DNA from: Fimbriosthenelais zetlandica
Taxonomy: Eukaryota
Assembly (NCBI GenBank): GCA_977030845.1
Contig: OZ365111.1
Location: 45,136,001-45,200,000 of the forward strand
Direction of reading: 5' to 3'
DNA: 64,000 nt
Shown: one piece after another, positions 37,726 through 52,200 of the stretch
Numbering within the stretch: position 1 is the first letter of the stretch
Layout of the letters: every line of letters starts with the position of its first letter
Made by a program: the position numbers and the translations under genes
The notes under the pieces: generated by a model
Database searches by the model: none
What the model was told of the DNA's origin: nothing
Seen by the model: the letters and a program-made list of their open reading frames with translations, nothing else

Positions 37726-40700
37726 TTATTTTTTGAGGTCATCTTCTGTGATTCCATGGATTGATAGTTCCATGGTGAGGTTGTCCATATAGTTGGGGTC
37801 GGGGTAGCCGTGTCCTGACCGGTTAGAACCAAACTCTGTCTTGTGGTGGATTTCATTCCATACCACTGTATGTGCTTCCCCAGTAGTCACTGAGGTTCCT
37901 ATAGTGAACGTTAGGCGACGCTCCCAGGCCAGCATCAGCATTTTCACGAGCTGTAACAATCCAAAATTATTGTTTTATAAACGTAATTAAATAAATTGTT
38001 GCGTATGCATGCATTTTGCATACACATATATGACTAGATTTGATAGGACCCAATGGTATCTGAGGATAGCAGGCATCTACACTCTACAAAACAACAGCAA
38101 ATTCTGATGCTGGAATACGATTACAAGATATTGTAATGGTCAAATTGTGAAATATTGATAAGATTTTAATATGAAAATGTATTCACCTTGTTGCCTCTGT
38201 CATTGTCTGGGAAATACCCATAGCGGGGGAAGCCTCGGGCTGTGTATGGCTGACCGGGACTGGGGTGCTCTGGACCCTACAAAAATTAAAAAAAAATATT
38301 GATAAAATCTGCTACAACTGTAAAACTATTTATAAATACTACTTCAACTAAAAGTATCCTCTAAAATTTCATAAATTTATCATGATGATATATCATGATT
38401 ATCATCATATTATGATGATAAAAAAACAAACAAATTGTTATATTACGTACCTGAATTCCTTGAGAGATGTAATATTCCACTCTGATGGTACCACATTCGG
38501 GGTTGCCGGGTAGAGACTGGGCTATTCTAGTCACCTGCATCTGACCTTGTGGACAGTCTCCACGTTTTTCACCGTAAATCTCCTTACATGTGGGGCACTG
38601 TAAACTACCGTCCTATCAAAAATAAAATTCACTTACATGTATTGATCATAAAGCTGTAATCTAGTACAAATGTACTAAAAAACCTCGAAAAACCTCAGCA
38701 ATTCATGAATAAACAGCATTAGATTTATGTGTCAGTCTTCCAGGGTATTTGCCGTCCTGATGGCAGTTCTTATCACCCTCACAATTAATTCTCAAAGTAC
38801 AACTATTTTTTGTGTGGTACACTGGTGAATGCAGTGTTATGTGGACAGTTATTTTTTGTGATAAACTGTATTTTATTATTGTGTGAGATGGAGACTCACC
38901 TTGGTGCCGCTATCGTACATGGCTTTAATACAGGAGTAATGGTACATGTGTTCACAGCGCTTCAGTTTATAAACAGTGGAGTCATTACTGGTGTAGCCTG
39001 ATGGTTCACTCAGCCCTTCACAACATATGCAGCAGTCCTGTTAGAACAGAAATATTAGAATCTCAAACTCAAAACTTCACAATTAAAGTAGAACAGTTCA
39101 CAATATTAATATTTGTTCTACTTATATTATTAGACGGTCCCGGAAGACAGTTACCTGTATATTACAGTTGCCATTTTTTTCTAAAATATTTAATTAATTA
39201 ATATCGAATAAATTCCTCTCAAATATTTCATATGATTGAATGTTCACAATGTATTCTAGACACTGGAAAATATAACATTCTTCCTAATGAACAAATGAAC
39301 TCTATCACTATTTCCTTTATTAGGCACCAATATGTTTCACTTTAATATCAAAAGATTTGGAGCAGTGACACAGACCCTCTGATTAGCGAGCTGTGGCGTG
39401 ATGAGATATCTGAGAGTATACAATGTAATGTGTTAGTGTAACATACCGTATCTTTGGGCGGATTAGTCACACAAGCTCCGTATTTCTGTATCACAGCATC
39501 AGCACTTGTTCCTCCCCCTGGAAAAGATTACAAGTACGAAAATAGAAAATTAACAATTGTCATGTTGGCTATTGATATATAGCTGTTCATCTTAATACAT
39601 TTCTTTTTTTTTTAATATTCTATTTTATAACAGTCCAACGTTAGCTTGGCAATGTTATTTCTTAATTAGAATTAATTAATAGTCCATTTCCTCCATTGGA
39701 TTAAACATACACCTTTTATAATCAATTTTAAATAGATCATAAATGAGTCACATTTTGTTTCTATATTGTAACGTTACAGTGGTATTGGTGACCTAACGAA
39801 CCCACTCTGGCTTATTGTTCATTCGGATTTCCATCCACTATATTTACAAATAATTCACTGAATGTATATTAAGATCTTGCCTTTCGATCTGTTCTGTTCA
39901 GGTGCCAATAAGGCATACAAATAACGTCCATGATATGAGAGCATTATTCAGTGTGGCCTATATAACTGCCTATAAGTATTTCCTTGTCACTAGCCAAGAG
40001 TTCCCTCTCTACTCACAAAGACCAGTGCTAAAGGTCAACTGACTGCCGGCTTGTTTCACTTTCGAAACCACCGAAATATTCGGGAATTCCCCTTTCCTCT
40101 GGGTACAAGAACTTCAAGTCATATAACCTCAAGTTCGCCAGAGATCTGTACATGACACTAGCTTATAAAAATTTCATCAAAATTGAGATTGTTCCATTAA
40201 AGAAAGTCCATGATCTTAGGAGGACTTTATGTTTAATTTTTTCAGGGCAAAAATTTTCTTCTCAAAGGAAAGAAACCAGTACAAAACATGGCATGAACAA
40301 TGACAGGTCCCTCACATAGAAGAAAGACAGACAAAGACAAACTTGCAAATCACAACAATAAATAGAGATAGGAGATTGGAAAATATATGAATATGGAATT
40401 TGTCACATTATCAGTAGAAAGCTAAATGAAGAAAGATGGGACATAAAAATTATAAATCTTAAACAAACATGATCAAGAATGGATATACCGTATAATTTGT
40501 TCATCCATTCATTCACGTGCCTAATAACAGAAATTTAAAGTCAAAGTCTCAAACTTGGAAGAACTTAAGGGTATTGTATAGTTAAGACATGAAACATTGA
40601 AATGTGAAGACAGGACAATACACCAAACCCAAGTCATTTCATCAGTTCTTGCAAAATGCATGAAATATACAATATAATATCCAAAGTTATTTAAAAGTAA

Positions 40701-43219
40701 AAGAAAAAAATTCCAGGCAAAGAAAAATAGAAATACCTGCCATAGGAAAGGGAGGATGTAAAATTTTAGCATTCAAAAAAAGGGGGAAAAAATCCGAAAA
40801 AAAATTGAAAAAGTGATGATTTGAAGGGAAAATGATTGTTAGTCGGGGCGACCTACCTTTAGAATTTGTTACAATAGTCGAGGCTGACTTGTGAGGTTTG
40901 GATTGTTGGGGTGGAGTTATCATAACAGGCACGGCGGGGAGCACGAGCATGTTAGTCATACCTAGCAAAACACGGACTAAATCTACAACTTTCTTTAACA
41001 CTCACTGGCCGAGTAAATCAGCAAAATTTAACAGCCCCGCAGCTGTCTAATGGGGCTAGAATCTAAGGACAGGTTTCAAAATCCCTGAGGAAATAAAATC
41101 TCTTTTGGAACTAGTTAATGGTATCACAGGCTGTGGTTCTGTGTTTTTGGAGATTTTGTTGCTGAGTGTTTGATAAAGTGAAAAGGCAGTAATGTGTAAT
41201 ATATGATTGAATTTCTTTTGAATGTAGATTTTTGTCTTTTTCTTGTGGAATATTTATTGAATGAAATGTAAGTGAATGTAATGAGTTTGGATAATAGAAT
41301 AATGGGGCAGAATATAAAGGACCCACCCCTTCCCACCACCCATAAAAAACAAAAATCCCCAAAACTCCAAGATGGGTTTGCCATTTTCTCGTATTATTAA
41401 ACTTGTTAGAATCTGGTTTGTACGAAATGTTTACCTGTCATTGCTGGGCTGATCATGGGGGCCATTGAGGGTCCAGTCGGTACGGTGAGTGGTTGTGAAC
41501 TGAAATACAATTTAAAGCAATTAAATCATACTGCAATTAAGCCTCATTAGGCCTACCTTAATCATTGAGTGTTCCATTATTGAAAAGCACTGTTAAATCA
41601 TGGCGACAGGTCAATGTTGTCTAGTTGCTTATATACTATTCAATGGTCTCCTAATATTTTCAAAATTGATATGATGACCGGTCATTTATGTGTCAAATTA
41701 CAGAAAAATACTTAAAGGTTTTCTTTCCTAATATGATTAAAATGTAATGGAAAAAAGCCTACCTGTGAGAGTTTGTGTTGGGTTGGGTAGGAATGTAGAC
41801 GGGATATTGTTGATTGTACGGGAGACCTGGGTTATTTAATTGACCCATGTGACCTGGACCAGCATGATACACACCTCCACTGTTCATATTAAACGCATGC
41901 TGTGGATGTTGTTGCTGTTGTTGCACTTGTTGATGTCTTTGCAAATGATGGTAACTATGAGCTTGTTGTTGCTGTGCTTGATGTTGCTGGTGCTGTTGTT
42001 GCTGCAACTGTTGTTGTGGCTGTGCAACAGGTAAGGGCTGTTGCATATGTTGCATGTGCTGTTGATGAGCAGCAGCAATGTTTCTTGCAGTTTGCCTAGT
42101 CAGTTTAGGACTCCCATTATACACCATGCCCAGATGGGGCTTCTTTTTGGTCACACCACCTCCAGATTTTTGAGCCACATTCCCACCGGTGAAAAAATTG
42201 AAAGGGTTTCCTAGGTTACCGCCGGAACTCAAGGCACCGAGCAGAGAGCTGCTCCTCGCCCCCGCTGAGGCAGAGCTGACCTGGCCTTGAGTAGCTCCAC
42301 TAAATGTCCCCTGTTGCATGCCATTAGCAGCAGGAATAATGGCATTGGGATTGGCTGCTGAGAATCGCGTCCCAGTCTGGATTCTTTGCATTCTTCTTGT
42401 GAACCCGGTTTCATTTCTAGTCTGTACCATGTTGGTTACATCCACAGTGTACGGTACTTGACAGTGGGTTTGGCTGAGGTCGAGGACAGTGATTCCTCGG
42501 CTGTAGGCGTCTTCTAGTAGACACTGACCTTCCAGGTCGTATGAATTCCAGCTACCTGGAATGTCCCCCGACCACTGCCATAGGACGCCTGTACCAGCTG
42601 GGCTGGAGGATGGGTAGAGTTTACGCTGGACATGTCTGCGTGTACCTAAAACCAGACGCAATATATAAAACACAGAGCATGAAACTTAGGTAAATTTAAG
42701 GATTGGCGTATGTAGTCCGTGGCGTGACTTAAAGTCCAAACTACAATTAATCATTAAATCTTATTAAAATGAATTATATAATGGCCATAAGAGTTAACTT
42801 TCATTCGTTTCCAAAGAAAGTTGAGCGGCCCAAATACTATCTTTTTGGTTCTCAAATCTATATTCTATAGATCTAAATAATAGAAAAAAAAATGGAAAAA
42901 ATCCAAAATACTACCAGGTACCGGTATATCGTATGTCTCTAATTATGTATTATGGAATTAAACTACAGGTAGGCCCAAAATTAAATGAAAGACCTCTTGA
43001 AATGTATTGACACCTACCAGTGCTTTGTCTTATTTGCTGAAGTGAAGATAAGTCCACTATGTAGTTGGCCATGTTGGGATCAGCATTACCCAGGTAGACC
43101 AGACTTTTTTGATTGGCATGTCGCTCGATCAAATCACTGATATGAGGTTCATATTGTCGCCAGTTTCCAAACTCGTTGAACCATTCCCAGACAGCTACCA
43201 TCGATGAAGGACCGGCCAT
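37726..43219 (-). CDS. DTX: Deltex E3 ubiquitin ligase (WWE-WWE-RING-H2-DTC; DTX1/2/4 group), 646 aa
   Basis: Exons 43219-43018, 42645-41763, 41499-41435, 40961-40857, 39517-39447, 39037-38900, 38612-38451, 38276-38187, 37950-37726 (1941 nt). Two WWE domains ([14 protein letters not shown]; [16 protein letters not shown]), [66 protein letters not shown]. Confidence 0.94.
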
Positions 43220-43739
43220 TCTTCTGTTAGATAAGATATTAATTATAAACTGATCAGAGAAAAGCAAATAACCACCTATATTTCACTGCACCCAAGTCTG
43301 ACATCGAAAGACGAAAGAGAAACTCCAGAAAGTTGGTGCCCTCCCACTCTTTCTCACTTTCAGTCTCAACCTGGAATTTAGGTTTACATAATAGGTCTAT
43401 TCAGGTCCTGAATTCCAGGCCCACTCCGACTGGTACAATTGCAAACCTGTGTCGCAACAGTCATGGTAACTTCTCGGGGGGTAAATACTGGGCCTGGCCC
43501 TATCTTACCGTCCCCTAATGGCCCTATGCTAGGCCCTAGGGCCCGGCTAGGACCAGCCCCCTGCCCTTGCACAACAGTGTCAGGAGGCCGTGAAATTTTA
43601 AGGCCCTACCACGCCCAGAAACAATATTTTGCATCATAAATTGATCTACCAAATCGACACTCGTCTCTTAATCAAAATACATACTTTGGTTAAGTTTGAA
43701 AGCATTACGATAATTAGAAATCACGAGGAAACTACACCA

Positions 43740-44190
43740 TACCTTGCTCCAGTCAGCAGTAATGACCAGCCCTATCCGGAAGTTGACATTTTATTCTGAA
43801 AATACAGATCGTATACGAAAAGGGACAGAGCTCAACTTTTGCGACATTATTGATTTATCCTCGGTCTGAATTAGAAGAGCAAATAAAGATATCGGAAAAC
43901 CATATTAGTTTAATTTCTTCCAAGCAACAGTTTTCAGATCAGACAGCAATCTGCGTGTGTAGGTATTCCGTTGGCCATATGGAGAATCCGTATTCTCTCA
44001 TTTCTTTTACCCACAATGCACCGCAATATTTTTGTGGCCGTCGTGAAGGCGACAACACAAGCTTGCCCAAGAAATGCCATCAATCTGCTACAGAAAAGAC
44101 AAGCTTTACCTTAATTAACATCCGCCATAATGAACCAGACTTTGCTCCAAGCCATGTTTTGATACGCTTTCATGAAAAAAGGTGAGTATT
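43740..44190. promoter_or_regulatory. Candidate bidirectional promoter / 5' non-coding exons of Deltex (-) and CCDC92 (+)
   Basis: Head-to-head genes; minus-strand donor AAG|gtatgg at ~43742, plus-strand donor AAG|gtgagt at ~44183, ETS-like CCGGAAG near 43776, locally more CpG. Confidence 0.45.
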
Positions 44191-45233
44191 TTGCGTCCCT
44201 TTTTCAGTCTCGCGTGTTATTTTCATGAATATTATTATGAGATACGCCCGTCTGCATTGCAGTAGTGGCCGGGACAAGCCACAAGGGCATGGCTGGCTGG
44301 CTGCAGTCAGGCAGTGGCAGTGCAGGATTGGGCGTGCCATCTCTTGGATTTTCCCCTGTGAATAATGTTTCGTAATGTCTCTGTTCCTGTGCCTTTCCTT
44401 AAGACTTTACACTATACGAGTTAATTTAAATATGCCATTATATGTTGCATTTCTCAAGTATTAATATTTATAATTTAAAATAAATTGATTGTGAAAAACA
44501 TGTCTGAAGAGTGATGTGAAGACTAAAAATATAAACCAAGCAACATAATGTTAGACCCATACCGGTAAATAATGATTGATTGTCAGAACCATTCTGGGAT
44601 GTCGTCTTGACTCACTGCATTAAATATTACGATACTATCTCAGTATCGATCTGTCATAGTAATTGTAGCCCACTTCAATCTTGCCATTCATGGCACATGT
44701 ACTATGATTTAGTCGTAGACGTAGGTAATACCAATAGGCCTAGATCTACCTAAATTAGTAATAATAAAAATAATTATGTTATGTAAGAGAAATCCCACTT
44801 TCTTTTGGGAATTATATTTTTAAAGGAGCCAAAAAACAAAGCTTGGTGATTCATACTAAATCCTGTTCAGTTGGCCATGGCCTGGGGAATCAATGACTGG
44901 GTTAATACTATTTAGTCTCACGATGACGCATGAGTCATAAAAGGAAGTAGAGGACGACTGGTGAGGCATTGACTCAGCCCTGGCCTCTAATCACTAATTG
45001 ATCTTGAAAAATCAGAAGCAGAACAAATAGTTGAGTCAATTGATCTCAAGTGCCGATCCTGACCTATTTCCCTAGATCCTAGATGTCCAATAGTGAAACA
45101 GCCTATAAAGGATATATATATTTATTGCGTTGCTCAACACTCTTCATTTCATTTCAGTTATGGGGTTGCCTTGCTGATTTGCTGCATCTGAGAAATTCAC
45201 CTTCACATTGAAGGAGCAGCGTACTGAGTTATA

Positions 45234-46601
45234 ATGGCCACATCCCCGTTGGAGTTTGGGGCAGCAGTCCCCCTACAGAGACAGCAGAGTTTCCAAAGTT
45301 CTATACTCTTTATCCAAGAACAACATACAGACACATTAAGAAGCCTTCACGATGAGATCCAGAAATTACAAAAGCGATGTTCAGAGCTCACATTCCAGCT
45401 GGCCATGGAAACCACGTCTTCCCCTCAGGAAGGTAAGATGATGTGCTCATTAACAATATGAAGAAAGTGATAAATGTAAGATAAGTTAGACATAGGCCTA
45501 TATCCGGTTTGCGTGTTACTACACGAATCGATATATCTGAACTATTCAGAAGGGAGGCTTCAACTCTGACTTGTATGAAGTATGGATAAATTGTTGTGAA
45601 TAATATATGTATCGCTCCTTAAAAAAGTTGTGAATTAATTTATTTGAAATGAAAAAAACACACGTTTTTAAAATGATAAAGCTTTCGTGAGGAAATATTC
45701 ATCCATGGGTGTATTCATCATGCGTATAAATAATAAATTATTTCATTTTCCAGATTTTTACCGACAGAAGGTAGAAGCACTTGAGAGGGAAATCAAAGAA
45801 AAAACAAACACTTTAATTGAGGCTCAGGCCCAAGTTGTAAAGAAAGATCGGAGAATAAGCACACTGGAGTTACAACTCAAAGCCCAAGAAAAGAAATTCA
45901 CTGACATGGTTAAAGAAAAAGACCAACAGATCAGACAGATGAAACTGGACTTGGCTGACAAGGCTTCAGTGAATGCTGAGCTTATGTTGAAGAGATTGAG
46001 TCAATCTCAGGACAACGCTGCTATGTTCCGCCTTACGACAGGACCAGTTGAAGATCTGTCGGCCAGCACACCAGAGATGAAACGACCATCAGCACACAGC
46101 CCTGCCCCACCCAGAACACCCCTAGCCCCACATCCTCCTAAAGAGGGATCAGCACATAGGGTCCGGCGCCGAACATCTCCCAGAGCGGTGGTCGCTGAGG
46201 GTGAACCAAAGCTCTCCTCCAAGGTGAAACCTCGAGGTGCGTCTGGTAGATTACTACGAGCTTCAGGAACTCCTGAAAGTGTCACTCCAGATCCAACACC
46301 ATTCCTACAGCCACGAGACGAGGGTCCCAGGGCTTCTACCAAACACACCAAACCACTTCCTCCTATTAATAAAAGATCACCACGCACTAGAGACAGTACA
46401 GAGAGTGCCCCCGTCACCCCTCGACAGACTGAGAGTTATACATTTGTTCCCAAACCTAAATCTGTGCGACAACATACCAAAGGTGTGGATCCTTCCTCTG
46501 GTTCCTCATCGCCTGAGGTGGAGGTCTTGGCTGTGGATAATGTTGTAAAGAGAAATCACAAGCTCCGCAGAGCGCAAGAGTACAATGCCGACTGTAAATA
46601 A
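45234..46601 (+). CDS. CCDC92: Coiled-coil domain-containing protein 92 (348 aa)
   Basis: Exons 45234-45432 and 45754-46601. N-terminal SILFIQEQHTDTLRSLHDEIQKLQKRCSELTFQL (CCDC92/74 N-domain), coiled coil, then PDPTPFL, PLPPI and PEVEVLAVDNV motifs recalled from CCDC92. Confidence 0.88.
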
Positions 46602-48204
46602 TCGTCAAATATTAGTGATTACCATGACCTATTGCCAACAAGAGCATGCCCTTTAACATGTTTAATTACATATGACATTTTGCAGTGTATCTATATTTGT
46701 TCAGTCCAAGGTTGATCCAACTGGATTAAGTATAAATATAGCTATCACTGAATAAATTCAAAATCCAGTTATGTTTCATCTTTTGCTGAACACAATATAT
46801 ATCCACTCGTATCCTGTGATGTATTTCGCTGATCTTCCTCAAATTTTAGCTCCAAATTCTTGCTCATCTCTATAGTACCCGTATTGTGGCAAGCCTAAGA
46901 CCCTGGCTTTTTTTATTGTCTAGTGAATGTTTTGTCTTCTGGTACATTTATACCACTGCTATATTTGTACAAATCCCTAGAAATTTGCTGATAAACTTGA
47001 ACTTGAGTTTTCCCCTTGACAATTCAAAAATTCATAGTAAGTACTGTGACCTAGTATTCCTAGAACTGTAGACCCTGTTAAATTTAAAACATGGGTTAGG
47101 TTCATGATTTTTCAGCGTAGTAATTAGTCAAATGTCTAGTTATTGTTCATATCGAGACCAACTTCATTTCAAAATCTCAAGCTCTTTATGGCTCTAGTTA
47201 TGTATAGAAATAGTATAGAAATAGACGAGTACTTAGTGAGAATTATCTAAGTCAGAAAGCACCAACCCGCTATAAATATCACTAAATATGACTCAAGGGA
47301 CTTATTGAAATGGTGTTGGGCCAAAATGACCCATGTACTTAGGAAAATGTATCTCTGAGACATATCTGTGATATTTCATTTGACCAAATGGGATTGCATT
47401 CCTGGTAATAAGTATGTTACCGTATATAAATTATTAACATGTATTGAATATATATTTTTTGCTCATCGGAATTTAAAAGCAATTTTTAAATTAGAAAGGC
47501 GCCCTATTTATAGCTAAATGATCTTAAAATATAATATCAAAGACATTTAAGACATAAATTAAATAAATGATGCTGTGGCATGTATTGAAGAAAAGTGTGA
47601 TGTTTTTTCTATCAAATGCTTATCATGAATTGAGCATAATTTTACTCGTTTTGCTTATTGTGAATTTTGATGTTTTTTGCATTATGAAAAAGCGCCTTGT
47701 TGGACATCCGGTTTATAAGAAAACACATGTACAAGAGAGTGCTTATGTCTTTGGAGCATTTCACTCAATGGGTCGAGATTTCTTTTAACTCTTTACATAT
47801 TGTCTTCATTTCATGACATAGGGAATGAGGGTTTTTATCTTGCTTCTAAACACACCATCGCTTGCGTTTTGTGTTCAAGAGTCTCAAATTATTTTCATCG
47901 CTTTTATTCCAGAGGTTTTAACGAGTTTATGCATGAATATTTATCATGCTGTTAAATTTGGTTGATTAAGTCAACTTGCAGCTTGACCAAAGTTTACACT
48001 TGTAACCATATCAAACATGATTTACTTCATGACATGTAAAATCTACATGGGACGTAACAATAAAAGATCCAGTCAATACAAGAAGTTCTCACTCATTTTT
48101 CTACCAAAAGCTTCATTGAATGCCTTTAAATTAAGTCTTTGAATAATATTATAATGATTATCTATTGAGTCATTGGATAAAAATGATGTGATAATGTACT
48201 TAGT

Positions 48205-49028
<824 letters not shown>

Positions 49029-49260
49029 TCAAGCTGGAAAATCGAGTTTTTATTCAGTATTAAGAAATAAAAGGTGGGTACAGTTAAGGGGTTGAAATTA
49101 AAGCTGAATAGGCCATGCGACCTATTGGAGCGGGAAATGTGCATGGTGCTGCCGCGGGTGAGAAAATCTGAAACTAACGCCATATAGTCGTTCCTCCGTT
49201 GTATGGAGGAACGACTGGAGCGCCACTGTGCGGAGTGTGGACCTAGGGTTTCTCGAAAAC

Positions 49261-49270
49261 CAAGATGGCG
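49261..49270 (+). promoter_or_regulatory. YY1-type CAAGATGGCG motif in the CENPV upstream region
   Basis: Exact match in a CpG-richer patch ~240 bp upstream of the CENPV ATG; a related CAAGATGGCAG lies at ~49553. Confidence 0.4.
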
Positions 49271-52200
49271 AACACTGGGCAGAGAAATCAGATGTCGAAA
49301 GTTATGCCTATATTTTCAGATATTAACCGTAGTAATTGTTCTAACAATTAGTGTAGGCTACTCCATCTGACTGGAACACTTGTTCAGACAGAAGCCAAAA
49401 TGAGAGGTATTCATAGATATTTATGGCCTAGTTAATTTAAAAAGTGGAATACTCTTAGTCTTACCCTACCTGTTTAACTCCAGTGAAAAGATGACCTACT
49501 CGAGCGAGGGCACAGCTCAAATCTCTTTAGATGATGGTAACGTAAGTTGCTACAAGATGGCAGCACCAGAGCTGCTGTTCCTGATCCTTAGATTATTTTC
49601 TTGTCTACATCTATAGATACAGATATATATATATTAATCCATTGAATAAAAGAATTCCTAATAAAAGAAACATATTTTCTAACGCTTTTTACCTCCAGAG
49701 AACTCACCACAACCCCGTTTTTGACACTGAAAGCTTGATAGATAAAGTAAATTCCATGGTGAGTGGGAGGAGGGGTTGGCATCTGTATATATTTGTCTAT
49801 GTGAGCTAATCTCTACAGATTATCGCTGGCCTATCATCACCGTGACACGCCCGAAAACAAATTAGTCCCTCCTCGATAATGATGTTCTAGGATTACCGTA
49901 GCCTACCAGGTTTAGGCATCTGATATAGAAACTCTCCCTCAGATTGGAGGGGGCTAGTGCCAATCCCATAAGATCGATTTAGGCCTAATAGTTTTTAACA
50001 ATAATTAGAAACTACCGGGCAAAAATCCTACTACAATTAATGTTATGAATGTATCGTTTTCCGAAGAAAAAATTTATTTAATTTCTAGTGCGGATTCTGT
50101 TTAGTGGGCCCTTAGCCTAATTATGATGTTTTACTTTTAAAATCTTTTCAATTTGACTTAGGGGCCTAGGCCTACTTGAAACTTCAAGTGGGCCTATAGG
50201 GCCTCGTCAAAAGCTTATTTCAGTGTTTTTTCACTTCAAATAAAATTAAGGTTTTATTTATCCATGCCAACCTTAGGGGCCTACTACGTCGGCGTTTTGA
50301 TATTTTAAACATAGGCCAGTGTCTAGGCTCTCGGTCTAGGTCTTAGGCCTATATACCTTATAAAATTATGATGTTAAGCCTATAATTATTATGGAAAAGA
50401 CGCGTCAAAAAGAAAATACAATGTAATTAAGATTTTTTGCACATAGTGCCTATATATAATAATAATACTAAGCTTTTTGAAAAAAAATAGTAGGCGTCTA
50501 GGTTAAGAACACAATAAAACCCCACTTGTCTGTTTTCTGCGGGAACTGGACATGGGGAAACCACAGGGCCCTTCTCAGCCCTAGCCTTATCATCATCATT
50601 ACCACAGTGTTGAGAGGTCCTTGGGAGATATGATTATGACAGAGTTTATCCCCCTACCTACACGCTTGGCAAAGATAAAAAGCTCTAAATTATGAGAGAT
50701 AAGGCAAGTGATTGGCGGATTTAGGATGCCCTCTCTATCGGTGACACCCACAACAACGCCCTGAATGAGAACTGCAATGTTTGGACTAGTCTGAAGCTAT
50801 CTCTGAAGGCTGTTGACTTTATTCTTTGAACACGGCTCATTAGGCTGCACTTAACCTTTCCTGCCCCTGGAAGTACTTTTCTAAAAACGTTCCTCTTTAC
50901 GAGGACGTTTAGATATTTTTTACTTCTCTTTCAGTGCCTTAAATTCACAGATACTGTTCACATGCTCATACTTCTATTGGTGCCTATACATGCCTGGCTG
51001 GAAGAAAGGTGGGAAAGAGAAAGGGGGATGGGAGTGAATGAAGGAAGGGAGAAAAGCCGGGGACTGAGGGGAAGGGGGTTGGGGGAACGAAGGAAGATAG
51101 GTCTGCAGAGGGAGGGAAAGTTGAGGGAAACATGCAGATACAATGGGAGATTTTGTGCATAAATTGTGAGCAGGGGAGGGAATATGCGTAGGCCTAGTTG
51201 ATTTAAACTTTAAAATGCAGGTAATGGGATTCGCTAATAAAATAAATTTTGTTTAATGTCTGTAACGATGATGTATTATAGAAGCATAGACTAAATTAAG
51301 CATTATTTTAATTGACCTGGAGTGTTTAGGGGTGTTTGGTGTCTTCAGGAACATTCTCAGGGCCATATACATAGCATGTATAGCACCGGAAGGAAACAAT
51401 AAATCATTGTAACCCCTTCTTTATGTTTTTATTTGCATTTGCTGTTTCTTATAAAAAGTGACCAACCGCATTCCCTATGGATAAACCATCTGGTACCTAT
51501 GATCTGTGTTGACATATTTAATCTCACTGCACGGCCAGATCGTCTATATACCAACATAAGTTGGACATTTTACCCTCAATTTACTCAGGAACATGTGTAG
51601 AAACCCTTTCCTATGCCACACATCAACTTCTCCAAAGGACGGGATCTGCAAAGATTTGCCGAGAACTTACGATCTCACTTAATCTCGCCTGACGTCCGAG
51701 ACTACAGAGAAGTCCCCCTAGTGAGGTTGGACTGGGAGCGTTCGATATTTCTGTCGTCGCGAGCAAAATTGAATCAAGTTTAGCCCAAGGTCAAGGGAGG
51801 GTCACGGTAGAAGTCCATCCTTTATCTTTGCTGTGTGTCTTTATGTGTGTGTCCCATTGAATCCAGCGCTAATCAAATTAGTTTATAACCGCAAACATAT
51901 TATAGGACCACACACATTTGCACAAGAGAGAAAAATGTTTCATTTCCTTAGGCCTACATTACACGGCCTAGGCCTATACATATATTATAGAGTCTATAAT
52001 TATACATAGGCTATGTATACGCCTATACCTTTTCTGAAATAGACCAAATTTGAGTGGATAGATACAATTCATCCACATTGAAAATTCTTCTGGGCCTACT
52101 TACTATAGACCTTATTCGGAGTTGCGTCTCATTTTTGGCATTAATTTAGTTAGATGCTCTATTTTATGAAGACCCCCTGCATGGATGATTGTGATTGGCA

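Noticed and set aside
40017-40145. 129-nt exon-like block in a Deltex intron (possible poison exon)
   Set aside because: Weak acceptor, and the flanking exons join directly into a normal Deltex sequence; no evidence of use.
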